From contig CAVVHW010000015.1 of assembly GCA_963748225.1 (NCBI GenBank), positions 7,838 through 71,837 on the forward strand: a DNA stretch of 64,000 nucleotides. The letters are read 5' to 3'. Origin of the DNA: an uncultured Acidobacteriaceae bacterium. GTDB taxonomy: Bacteria > Acidobacteriota > Terriglobia > Terriglobales > Acidobacteriaceae. Under the pieces are notes generated by a model, which saw nothing but the letters and a program-made list of their open reading frames with translations, had not been told where the DNA came from and ran no database searches. The first letter of the stretch is position 1, and the number at the start of each line of letters is the position of its first letter. Positions 46,967 through 55,526 of the stretch are shown here, one piece after another. The position numbers and the translations under genes were made by a program.

Positions 46967-47006
46967 AATATAGGAATGGAGTAGGTCGAGGTGCAAATGC
47001 TTGCAC
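46967..47006 (-). promoter_or_regulatory. conserved promoter-like element with palindrome upstream of PEP-CTERM paralog 1
   Basis: On the gene strand: TTGCAC, an 18-nt spacer, TATATT. The -35 lies inside the palindrome GTGCAAATGCTTGCAC (46991-47006). The same geometry repeats at 48006-48045. Confidence 0.45.
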
Positions 47007-47047
47007 TACAGTGCCGGAACGCTTCCGTGTTTCGCAGCGACAGAGAG

Positions 47048-47077
47048 AAAAAAGGCCGGAGCTGGTTAGCTCCGGCC
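47048..47077 (-). terminator. rho-independent terminator after the second PEP-CTERM paralog
   Basis: Plus strand aaaaaaggccggagctggttagctccggcc. It has a 9-bp stem ggccggagc / gctccggcc and a U-run on the gene strand, 23 nt after the stop. Confidence 0.7.
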
Positions 47078-47099
47078 TCCAAAGCGTTTCGCGCAGAAA

Positions 47100-47747
47100 C
47101 TAGCGATTCAGCTTGCGGCGAATCACGCCGAATGCGCCGACCAATCCGGTACCGAGCATCAACAGCGAGCTCGGCTCTGGAGTCGTGGTGCTGCCACTGG
47201 TCTGTATCCACATGCCGCCCAGAAGTGAGCCGGGGAACTGATTCCAGCCGCTGCCTGAGTTCTGATCAAGCTGCCCAAGGATGCCGTTTCCATTCTGATC
47301 CCAGGCATACCAACTGGTGGCGTCGGCTTCGAGTACGAGAAAATACTGGGTTCCAGCGACAAGCGTGCCTCCAGTACCGGACACACTTACCTCACAAGCC
47401 GGGCACGGTCCGCCGGCCGGTGGGGCTGGGGGAAGATTTCCGATGCTGCCGATGAGCGACCCAGGGGCTCCGCCTACGTCGGTGTAGATACCGACGGTGG
47501 CCATGTTGTCGCCCGTCACAAAGCCCAGATCCACAGCAATCGAGCTGACAGTGCCAGACGTCAATGACGTAAACAGTTGAGCATCCTCGACCAGTCCGGG
47601 AGGCGAGTCCACGCCGCTCGTTGTCCAGCCAACGCAGCAGTTAGAGGGGTTGGGGAGCGTATTGTTGTAGGCGGTGCCGGCCATCGCTGGCAAACTCATG
47701 GCGCACACCACCAGCAAACATAAGAACCATACAGATTTATTGTTCAA
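47100..47747 (-). CDS. PEP-CTERM sorting-domain secreted protein (paralog 2)
   Basis: MNNKSVWFLCLLVVCAMSLPAMAGTAYNNTLP... and an identical C-terminal TTTPEPSSLLMLGTGLVGAFGVIRRKLNR. TTG start with GGAGGAT upstream. Confidence 0.88.
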   Translation of the reverse strand: MNNKSVWFLCLLVVCAMSLPAMAGTAYNNTLPNPSNCCVGWTTSGVDSPPGLVEDAQLFTSLTSGTVSSIAVDLGFVTGDNMATVGIYTDVGGAPGSLIGSIGNLPPAPPAGGPCPACEVSVSGTGGTLVAGTQYFLVLEADATSWYAWDQNGNGILGQLDQNSGSGWNQFPGSLLGGMWIQTSGSTTTPEPSSLLMLGTGLVGAFGVIRRKLNR

Positions 47748-48005
47748 GTCTTTATCCTCCGGGTTGAGAGCCCTACCTCGCGAGCAACCTTACGGTGCTC
47801 ACGGGGGCTGGATTTTGAACGTTCCGCCCGAACACCCCCACGGGATTCATGGGACCGGACATTGATTCAACGAGCAGTTTCGCAACAAGAGCCGCTGATT
47901 GCCTGGCGCTCTCGCAAATGCCACCCCACACACTGCTAAGCGGCATCCAGACAGAAACCCTCATTCGTAGTGTTGCAATTATGTGTCCGCGCTAATGCAT
48001 TGAAA

Positions 48006-48045
48006 AATATGAGAATGGAACCCTCGGTGGTGCAAATGCTTGCAC
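48006..48045 (-). promoter_or_regulatory. conserved promoter-like element with palindrome upstream of PEP-CTERM paralog 2
   Basis: On the gene strand: TTGCAC, an 18-nt spacer, CATATT. The palindrome GTGCAAATGCTTGCAC lies at 48030-48045. Confidence 0.45.
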
Positions 48046-48145
48046 TTGAGTGCTGAATTGGTTCCCCGTTTTCATGGCGACGGTCCCTAGAATTCTCCGC
48101 CACGCTACGCTGGCCCAACCCTCAGAGTTGCCGTATTGGTCACGT

Positions 48146-48742
48146 TCAGGGAAGCGTCAGTCTGCCCCCTTCTCCCATATTCGTGTTTCGCCGCTGACCC
48201 CGATATTCGTAGGTGACCTGCAAGTTTTTCGGCTGGTTAAAGGCCGGGTCGCCACCCATGGTGCTGTTGTTGACCAGCACGGTGAGACGATTGTTGCGCA
48301 CCATGCTTTGCAGGCGGCTGGTTACATCTCGCCGGCGATTTCCAGCGCCATAGCTAGCTTGCACAATGCGCAGGCCAGGGAATTGATTGCCTCCGCCGGG
48401 GTAGCCACCTCCGCCAAAACCGCCTCCGACAAACATTCGGGACTCGACGGTTTGTCCCTCTTGGTAGTTGAAGTCGCGCATTTGCCCGCTGCCGCTGCGG
48501 GCATGGATGCGCAGTACCTTGTCCCTCCCGCGGGCGGGATCGACGCCCATAGTCGTGTTATTCACCCGAAAGTTGGGGCCATTCACCAGTCGCCTAACCG
48601 TGTTGGTGACATCGACGCGGTTGTTCTGCACGCCATAGTCAGCGCTCATCACCTGCCAACTTTGGGCCTCAGCTTTCACGGAACCCAGAGTTGCACAAAT
48701 CGCGATTGCAACAACACTCAATAGCATTCTGGCAACACGCAT
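48146..48742 (-). CDS. secreted protein with two DUF3395-like repeats joined by a Gly-rich linker
   Basis: Signal peptide, then the internal duplication SADYGVQNNRVDVTNTVRRLVNGPNFRVNNTTMGVDPARGRDKVLRIH and QASYGAGNRRRDVTSRLQSMVRNNRLTVLVNNSTMGGDPAFNQPKNLQVTY. The linker is GGGFGGGGYPGGG. Confidence 0.7.
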   Translation of the reverse strand: MRVARMLLSVVAIAICATLGSVKAEAQSWQVMSADYGVQNNRVDVTNTVRRLVNGPNFRVNNTTMGVDPARGRDKVLRIHARSGSGQMRDFNYQEGQTVESRMFVGGGFGGGGYPGGGNQFPGLRIVQASYGAGNRRRDVTSRLQSMVRNNRLTVLVNNSTMGGDPAFNQPKNLQVTYEYRGQRRNTNMGEGGRLTLP

Positions 48743-49285
48743 TGACTTGTCTCCCTAAGATGGTTTTCCAGTCGCCCGCCAGACCTAATTTGCGCGGGCG
48801 TAGTTGCACCACTGGTTTATCATCGTGGCGAAAAGGTCGCACACCTGCTTGTGAATCTGAAGCGACGAGAACCCGCGGATCATAAGGACTTCTTTACCGG
48901 CAACGCCACTCAGCGATTTTCCCCGTCGCAGTTTACATCGATAAACGCTTCGCACAATCGCAAGAATCAATCTAACTACTATTGGCGGCGGAACGCCGGT
49001 CGAACTTGCTTTGGGCGCATAGTCGGATTCGGCGGGCCTTTCGACATCCCAGAAAAGCGGTGTTTTTGTCCTTTTCCCGTGACGCCAGCGGGTGTATAAA
49101 AACTCCGCTAGCAATCTAGGGGTGTGGATTGCCGCCCAACCAGCCTGCAGTGGGGCAGGTTCAGCGGCCACCATCGAGCTGGGGCGAAGCCCGATCGGCA
49201 CAAAATCACATCTCTTTACAGATTGAGTTCCCAGGTCCATTACGCCTAGAAGCTGGACTTATGCTCCCCCGAAAGGAAATCAGTC

Positions 49286-49540
49286 ATGAACGAATTAGTG
49301 CAGATGGTGCAGCAGAAGACCGGGCTGTCGCAAGACATGGCCCAGAAGGTTGTGGACACGGTCGTCGGTTACCTGAAGACAAAGTTGCCGGCGCCACTAT
49401 GCTCGGGTCTCGACGAATTCATGGGCTCTGGCGCGGGCGATGCAAGCAGTGATGCCGCCGGTGCCACGGACGAAGCGGGCGGGCTCATGGGAAAGGCCCA
49501 GTCCATGGTCGCCGATCTCTTTAAGAAGCAGGGTGCCTAG
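49286..49540 (+). CDS. hypothetical small protein
   Basis: 84 aa. MNELVQMVQQKTGLSQDMAQKVVDTVVGYLKTKLP..., followed by a Gly/Ala/Asp-rich tail. AGGAAAT lies upstream. No firm family. Confidence 0.5.
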   Translation: MNELVQMVQQKTGLSQDMAQKVVDTVVGYLKTKLPAPLCSGLDEFMGSGAGDASSDAAGATDEAGGLMGKAQSMVADLFKKQGA

Positions 49541-49602
49541 GATTGCCAACAGCGATCGCCAATCTCAGGATGGCGAAGCAAATACCTAAGGAGAAAAGAC
49601 AC

Positions 49603-49923
49603 ATGAGCAAAAAGCGTGCAGCAATTTGTATTCTTTCGGCTGTGTTGGCAGTGCTTTTGTTGACAGGGCTCTGCGTGGCCCAGAGTTCGGGCAGCAAGAG
49701 TTCGAGCAAGTCGGGCGCGATGGCATCGTCCGACAATTTGGTTGACATCAACTCCGCCACCAAGGACCAACTATCGGCGTTACCTGGCATCGGCGACGTC
49801 TATTCGCAGAAGATCATTGACGGGCGGCCCTACCACACCAAGACTGATCTAAAGACTAAGAAGATCATTCCGGCCGCGACCTACAACAAGATCTCCAGCA
49901 TGATCATCGCCAAGCAGAAGTAA
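49603..49923 (+). CDS. ComEA-like helix-hairpin-helix DNA-binding protein, secreted
   Basis: Signal/TM MSKKRAAICILSAVLAVLLLTGLCVAQ, then VDINSATKDQLSALPGIGDVYSQKIIDGRPY (HhH). AAGGAG precedes ATG 49603. Confidence 0.8.
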   Translation: MSKKRAAICILSAVLAVLLLTGLCVAQSSGSKSSSKSGAMASSDNLVDINSATKDQLSALPGIGDVYSQKIIDGRPYHTKTDLKTKKIIPAATYNKISSMIIAKQK

Positions 49924-50062
49924 TCCAGCGCAAGGCTGTCCTCAGCGGGAGAAGTTCACGAGCTACGCGGTCATTCCCACTCTCGGCACCGAGGGTGGGA
50001 TTTTTGCGCAAAATCAGCCGGTTCTGATAGGAAGGGACATCACGAAGCCCACGACGCCGCTG

Positions 50063-52402
50063 TCAACCGAGAGACTGTGCGCTCGCTTGCCGTCGCGCCT
50101 GGATCTCGATATACACGTTGATCAGTGACACCGCCGCGGGGGTGACGCCGGGAATGCGGCTGGCCTGACCCAGGGTGCGGGGACGCACGCGCCCCAGCTT
50201 TTCATTCATCTCGCGCGACAGGCCGCTCACTTTGGCGTAATCGAACCAGTCGGGAATCAGGCGCTCCTCGGAACGCTTCAAGCGCTCGATGGCTTTGCTC
50301 TGCTGGTCCAGGTAGCCGGAGTATTTGATCTCCGTCTCCACCGATTTCAGTTCGTTGCGGATTTCCGCTGGGAGGCGGAAAGCGGGGGATAGTGGATTGG
50401 GGCTAGTGGATAGCACGGAATCCCCGCCTGCTAAGCTCTCTTCAAGAGCAACCTTGGAAATTGGGTTTTGAAAGGGCATGGCTTCAGCCGTGCCGCTAAT
50501 CGTCAATTTTGCAACGGGCTTTGGCCCCTGAGGTTCTTTGCGTTCGGCTGTTCCGGCATTTGTAAGATGCCTTCTATCTACTATTCCCTGATCACTATCC
50601 ACTCGCTCGAAGAATCCCGGCATCAGCCTACGCAGCAACGGCGCCAATTGCTCGATCCCCACCTCTGGCCGCTTCAACAGTTGCGCCAGCGTCAAGCCGA
50701 GTGCGCCGTCCAGCTTGCCGCTATCGAGACTCGCATCTTCAGCCTGAGATAGACCGCCCTCGCCGCCCGTAGTCGAAACTTGAAGGTCGAAACTCGAAAC
50801 TTCTTCCAGCATTTCGCCGTTGATCCGGGTGCACTCCAGCAAATCACGCATGGCCTGCATGCGCTTCTGCTTGGCAAGATGATCAGCCCAGGCAGCATCG
50901 TTAATCAGTCCTACGCGGCGTCCATGCGGAGTGAGCCGGCGGTCGGCGTTGTCGATGCGCAAGTGCAGGCGGAACTCGGCGCGCGAGGTGAACATGCGGT
51001 AAGGCTCGTTTGTCCCCTTGCTGATGAGGTCGTCGATCAGGATGGCGGTGTAGGCCTCGGTGCGGTCCAAAATGAGCGGCGGCTCGCCCTTCACCTGCAG
51101 TGCAGCATTGATTCCGGCCATGATGCCCTGGCACGCCGCCTCTTCGTAGCCGCTGGTGCCGTTAATCTGCCCCGCGAGATAGAGCCGCGCGATCTTCTTC
51201 GTCTCCAGCGTGCGCTGCAGCTCGGTTGGGTCGATGGAATCGTATTCGATGGCGTAACCCGGCCGCAGCATCTCGGCGTTCTCCAAGCCGGGGATTGACT
51301 TGATAATCGCAAGCTGCACATCGATCGGCAGAGAAGTGCTCATCCCATTCACGTAGATCTCGTGCGTGTTCAGGCCCTCGGGCTCCAGAAAGAGCTGATG
51401 CGTTTCCTTGTCGGGAAACTTGACGATCTTGTCCTCGATCGACGGGCAGTATCGTGGTCCGATGCTTTGAATCTGCCCGCTGTACATCGGCGAACGATGC
51501 ACGTTCTCGCGGATGATGCGGTGCGTCTCCGGCGTGGTGAACGCGATGTAGCACGGCACCTGCTTGTCATGGTGCGCCACCCGCCGGGTGCGGAAGCTGA
51601 ATGGCGTGGGATCGTCGTCGCCGGGCTGCACCTTGAACTTCGACCAGTCAATGCTGCGTCCATCGAGACGCGGCGGCGTGCCGGTCTTCAGGCGACAGCC
51701 GCGCAGTCCAAGCGCCTTCAACGATTCACCCAGCAGAACCGCGTTTGGCTCCCCGCTGCGTCCGGCTGGGTATTGTTGCTCGCCACAGTGGATAAGCCCG
51801 TTCAGAAATGTTCCGGTGGTGATGATCACGGCTTGCGCGGAGACGGTGCGCCCGTCGCGCAGGCGAACACCAGTTACCAGTTGTCGGTTGTCAGTTGTCG
51901 GCGAAGAAGCAACAGTTCCCGCGCCTTCGCTCGGGATAACAGACGTTTTGGCTAGTTGCTGATTGCTAGTTGCTAGTTGCTCCACAACCAAATCCGCCAC
52001 CTCCGCCTGCTTTATGTGAAGGTTAGGCTCCGAATCGAGCAGCTCGCGCATCTTCAGCCGGTACTGCTGTTTGTCGCATTGGGCCCGGGGAGACCACACT
52101 GCCGGCCCGCGCGAAGTATTGAGCAGACGGAACTGGATGCCGACCGCGTCCGTTACTTCGCCCATGATGCCGCCCAAGGCGTCCACCTCGCGCACCAGGT
52201 GTCCTTTGGCGATGCCGCCGACCGCCGGATTGCACGACATTTGCGCGATCAGATCGACGTTGAGCGTGAACAGCGCAGTCTTCAATCCCATGCGCGCTGA
52301 GGCCATGGCGGCCTCGCACCCGGCGTGACCGGCGCCGACCACAACCACGTCGTAGGTTTCAGTGAACTGTTGCACAGGAAAACTACCCCACATGGCCGCC
52401 AA
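50063..52402 (-). CDS. mnmG: tRNA uridine 5-carboxymethylaminomethyl modification enzyme MnmG (GidA) with repeat-derived insertions
   Basis: FAD motif [16 protein letters not shown], then [25 protein letters not shown] and a C-terminal [13 protein letters not shown]. At 779 aa it is longer than usual because of in-frame repeat blocks. Confidence 0.95.
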   Translation of the reverse strand: MAAMWGSFPVQQFTETYDVVVVGAGHAGCEAAMASARMGLKTALFTLNVDLIAQMSCNPAVGGIAKGHLVREVDALGGIMGEVTDAVGIQFRLLNTSRGPAVWSPRAQCDKQQYRLKMRELLDSEPNLHIKQAEVADLVVEQLATSNQQLAKTSVIPSEGAGTVASSPTTDNRQLVTGVRLRDGRTVSAQAVIITTGTFLNGLIHCGEQQYPAGRSGEPNAVLLGESLKALGLRGCRLKTGTPPRLDGRSIDWSKFKVQPGDDDPTPFSFRTRRVAHHDKQVPCYIAFTTPETHRIIRENVHRSPMYSGQIQSIGPRYCPSIEDKIVKFPDKETHQLFLEPEGLNTHEIYVNGMSTSLPIDVQLAIIKSIPGLENAEMLRPGYAIEYDSIDPTELQRTLETKKIARLYLAGQINGTSGYEEAACQGIMAGINAALQVKGEPPLILDRTEAYTAILIDDLISKGTNEPYRMFTSRAEFRLHLRIDNADRRLTPHGRRVGLINDAAWADHLAKQKRMQAMRDLLECTRINGEMLEEVSSFDLQVSTTGGEGGLSQAEDASLDSGKLDGALGLTLAQLLKRPEVGIEQLAPLLRRLMPGFFERVDSDQGIVDRRHLTNAGTAERKEPQGPKPVAKLTISGTAEAMPFQNPISKVALEESLAGGDSVLSTSPNPLSPAFRLPAEIRNELKSVETEIKYSGYLDQQSKAIERLKRSEERLIPDWFDYAKVSGLSREMNEKLGRVRPRTLGQASRIPGVTPAAVSLINVYIEIQARRQASAQSLG

Positions 52403-52746
52403 CGCGGCCGATTAGATCTATTTTAGCGGAGATCGCCTCCTGCGAAGATTATCTCGGCGTGGATCGCGCGGACTCCATACCCGTTCCGCTTCAGAACAGC
52501 CACCGAAATATCCGTTCCCATTCGGAACTCTTATCGTCGGCCCCTTTGATTCTCCGCCCCACACTCTGCACTGTTTTGCACATCGCGCAGCGCCGCTTTT
52601 GGCACGCCCCGTTCAAGCCACGGTTTTCACGTCATTTGCGTCGCCCAAACAATTGGCGGCTGACGTGCCTTTATAGAAAACGATTGTCCGAACTCACCCC
52701 AGTGCATTCGGCCATGACGAGGAGAAAAGGAAAAAGGAGCCTTGTT

Positions 52747-53274
52747 ATGAAAAAGAATGTTCTGGGAGCCATCGCGGTTCTGTGTTGCGCACTTGCGTTT
52801 GCTGCGTACTCGCGAGCCGACGCCATCAACTTCAACTACTCCGGTGACGGAGTCACAGCCAGCGGCACGCTGTTCGGCACCAGCAACGGAAACGGTACCT
52901 GGACTGTAACCGGCATCTCCGGCACCTACAACGGAACTGCGATCGGCGGTATCGTTCCCTTGGGTGCCGATCCCAGCTACATCTACGACAACCTTTTCTA
53001 CTACCCAGCCGATCCGCTGTTCGTGGATAACGGCGGCATCCTGTTCAATGTGCCCGGCGTCGGCGATGTGAACTTGTACTACGATCCCAGCTTTGGATAC
53101 GGCAACATAACAGGCGATCTCAGCCGCGGTTTCGTGACCACTCCCGTGGCCGTAGATTTTTCCGCGTCCGCGCCTGAACCCCGCACTCTGGTGCTGGTAG
53201 GGACTGGCATTCTGGGCATGCTAGGAATTTATCGCCGTCGCGCGGCGCACTTGGCGTCCAACCGGGGTCGGTAA
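52747..53274 (+). CDS. PEP-CTERM sorting-domain secreted protein (third, unrelated N-domain)
   Basis: MKKNVLGAIAVLCCALAFAAYSRA signal, and C-terminal SAPEPRTLVLVGTGILGMLGIYRRR. AAGGAG lies upstream. Confidence 0.85.
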   Translation: MKKNVLGAIAVLCCALAFAAYSRADAINFNYSGDGVTASGTLFGTSNGNGTWTVTGISGTYNGTAIGGIVPLGADPSYIYDNLFYYPADPLFVDNGGILFNVPGVGDVNLYYDPSFGYGNITGDLSRGFVTTPVAVDFSASAPEPRTLVLVGTGILGMLGIYRRRAAHLASNRGR

Positions 53275-53294
53275 CAGCGTACTGCAGTACGGGA

Positions 53295-53346
53295 GAGGCG
53301 CAGGGCCGTAAACAGGCAGGGCGGCTCCTGCGCCTCCTCCGTTTTT
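53295..53346 (+). terminator. terminator-like hairpin after the PEP-CTERM gene
   Basis: gaggcgcagg ... cctgcgcctc stem with a long loop, followed by ctccgttttt. Confidence 0.5.
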
Positions 53347-53434
53347 GGGTAGGGAATCACACGGTTGAAAAGATCGACTATTCTTCTTTTGGTTTATCCG
53401 CGCGCTCCGCGTAAATCCGCGGTTGCCTTTTGGT

Positions 53435-54097
53435 TTACGCCCGCTCAAATGCGTGCTTGGCGTGCAGATCTTCCAAGGCGCGATCCTTGAGGAAATGAAA
53501 CGCCTGCGCCCGCGCCAGCAAACCATCCGTCGCGCGAGCGTAATCGCCCGCCAGTTCCACCATGCCGCGTGCCGCCAGATCTTTCGCCGCAGCTAGCAGT
53601 TTGTCCATCATGTTCGGATCGCCGGCGTCCAGATATTGCGCGTCACACGGATCGGGGATCATCACCGGCTCACGCTGCTGCCCGCTCAACCAGAAAACCT
53701 TGCCCGCGACAAACTCTTCCACCTGTTGCGGCGTGGCATGCCAGAAGCGAAAGTGCCGATCGCGGATGCTGTAGCAGCGGCTCGAGACGGGTACCGGCTG
53801 CCGCTTACTCGACTTGAGTAGTTCCAGTTGCTTATCGTCGAGCGCTTTGCGGGCGGTGTTGATGGAGAGCCAAAACGCCAGGTCGCTGTCGAGCGACGGC
53901 AGCACCTCACGGATGGTCTGCGCCAGATTCAGCGCGATGTCGGCATACAAAGGCCCGCCATCGGCCAGGCGCAGCGTGCCGTGCAGAACGTACCAGTCGC
54001 TGCCACCGCCCGAGTGATGAAATGGCCATTGCAGCTCGATGTGCACCGGCATGCCGTGCAGGGTAACGCCATCGAAAGTTTTTTGTGTGTCCATCAA
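53435..54097 (-). CDS. hypothetical protein (no recognised domain)
   Basis: 220-aa ORF with normal composition and no competing long ORF of better quality. I recognise no motifs. Confidence 0.55.
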   Translation of the reverse strand: MMDTQKTFDGVTLHGMPVHIELQWPFHHSGGGSDWYVLHGTLRLADGGPLYADIALNLAQTIREVLPSLDSDLAFWLSINTARKALDDKQLELLKSSKRQPVPVSSRCYSIRDRHFRFWHATPQQVEEFVAGKVFWLSGQQREPVMIPDPCDAQYLDAGDPNMMDKLLAAAKDLAARGMVELAGDYARATDGLLARAQAFHFLKDRALEDLHAKHAFERA

Positions 54098-54228
54098 AAA
54101 CCAGCCATTTAAGATCGCAAACTATAGTGACACATCGGCAGGCGAAATAGAGAGATAGTGATTTACGAATCGTACAGTGTTATATGAGCAGCGGCCCACG
54201 CATAGAATATGAAACTCAACCATGGGGG

Positions 54229-54288
54229 CTCACGGAGGAAATTGGCTATGAACGGAAAACTCCGCGCCTCTGTGCCCTCTGTGGTGAG
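54229..54288. repeat. short CACGGAGG-type inverted-repeat element
   Basis: ctcacggaggaaa ... ctccgcgcctctgtgccctctgtggtgag. Confidence 0.5.
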
Positions 54289-54406
54289 CGATTTCAACGG
54301 AGCGCACGAATCAATAAACGCAGCTTTTCGCTATACTTTTTCCTCGCGCAGCTAGTCACTTAAAAGACGAGGAGAAGAATCCCTAACTCAATAACGAGGT
54401 CGATTC

Positions 54407-54889
54407 ATGACAGCCAGAATGAATTACTTAAACGCTCCCAAAGACGTAACCCAAGCCATGATGCAACTGCAGGAGCACGTCAGCAACAGCGGCCTCGAAC
54501 CGAAGCTACTGAACCTGGTTTATCTGCTGGTGTCGCGCATCAATGGATGCGCGTATTGCATTGACATGCACAGCAAAGACCTGCGGGCTCTGGGCGAAAC
54601 CGAGCTGCGCATTGACCTAGTCAGTGTGTGGGACGAATCGCCCGGTTATAGCGATCGCGAACGTGCAGCATTTGCCTGGGCCGAGTCGGTAACCAAGGTG
54701 AGTGAAACTCACGTGCCCGACGATGTGTACGCCCTGGCGCGCAAGCATTTTTCCGAGGAAGAGCTCGCTAAGCTGACGCTCGCCTTAATCGCCATCAACG
54801 GCTGGAACCGCTTTTGCATCTCGTTCCGCTTCGAACCGGGACACTATACGCCAGGACAGCACCAAACCACTAAGACTAAGGTGGCCTGA
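54407..54889 (+). CDS. carboxymuconolactone decarboxylase / AhpD-like family protein
   Basis: LVSRINGCAYCIDMHSKDL carries the AhpD-type CxxC in its usual context. 160 aa is the typical size. Confidence 0.85.
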   Translation: MTARMNYLNAPKDVTQAMMQLQEHVSNSGLEPKLLNLVYLLVSRINGCAYCIDMHSKDLRALGETELRIDLVSVWDESPGYSDRERAAFAWAESVTKVSETHVPDDVYALARKHFSEEELAKLTLALIAINGWNRFCISFRFEPGHYTPGQHQTTKTKVA

Positions 54890-54916
54890 CGTTTTCGCGA
54901 ATGAGTAACCGAAGCT

Positions 54917-54966
54917 TTCACCACGGAGGGCACGGCGTTACTTTCCGATGCCTTCCGTGGCGGCAC
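54917..54966. repeat. short CACGGAGG-type hairpin
   Basis: ttcaccacggagggcacgg ... tgccttccgtggcggcac. Confidence 0.55.
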
Positions 54967-54997
54967 TAACCTATCCGCCTGATCCTCCCTCCCGTCG

Positions 54998-55015
54998 TCA
55001 CACACACCTGTGTGA
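54998..55015. promoter_or_regulatory. palindrome upstream of the 111-aa ORF / radical SAM pair
   Basis: TCACACA cacc TGTGTGA (7-bp arms), about 100 nt upstream of ATG 55115. Confidence 0.3.
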
Positions 55016-55114
55016 GCGGTCACGGCATTCCATGACGCTCAAGAGCAAACTGAGACCAAGCTTCAAGTAACCCCGAACGCAGAGGGCAAACCTCATTTCG
55101 AAAGGAGAAATGAA

Positions 55115-55450
55115 ATGACTAATAAGCCAAGATCAGGAACAGTCGTGCACAAGGAAGGAAATTTCTTCCTCGAGGCGGAAGGCAAGCTCACGCCGATCCC
55201 GGTCAGCCCGAACTTTCAGCCAGGAACCTTGAAGGAGTTGGTCGGCAAGAAGGTGGAGGTGCTGTACACGGAACCGAGGAGCTTCGTGGCTGGATTGGTG
55301 GGCGGCCGAGTGCCCATCCTATGCTACTTCCCGGTCGATCCGTGGTTCAGTGTGGTGGACGAAGGAGCGCGTGCAAGCGTCGCTCAGCAGTTCCTTAGTG
55401 AGGGACTGATAAGCAAGGAAACCTTTGAAAAAATTGCCGGCGGCCGGTAA
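55115..55450 (+). CDS. hypothetical 111-aa protein preceding a radical SAM/SPASM gene
   Basis: AAAGGAGAAATGAAATG context. Normal composition, ends ...EKIAGGR. No recognised family. Confidence 0.6.
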   Translation: MTNKPRSGTVVHKEGNFFLEAEGKLTPIPVSPNFQPGTLKELVGKKVEVLYTEPRSFVAGLVGGRVPILCYFPVDPWFSVVDEGARASVAQQFLSEGLISKETFEKIAGGR

Positions 55451-55526
55451 TCCCTCATCGCTGGATATGTCCTTAATAATCTAATCTGAGCGGCTCGTTA
55501 ACAGCCGGTAAGAACGCTGGTATTTT

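Noticed and set aside
48785-49240. 151-aa minus-strand ORF in the divergent control region between the DUF3395-like gene and the small + strand gene.
   Set aside because: It has no SD and no recognisable motif, its composition is odd, and it fills what is more simply a 540-nt shared promoter region. I cannot exclude a decayed gene, so it is not reported as a feature.
52560-52620. Sigma54-like strings upstream of the third PEP-CTERM gene: ctgcactgttttgcac and ttggcacgccccgttcaa.
   Set aside because: Neither fits TGGCAC-N5-TTGC in spacing or in the GG/GC dinucleotides when aligned base by base. The palindromes at 46991 and 48030 also fail the -24/-12 spacing by one position and face the wrong strand.
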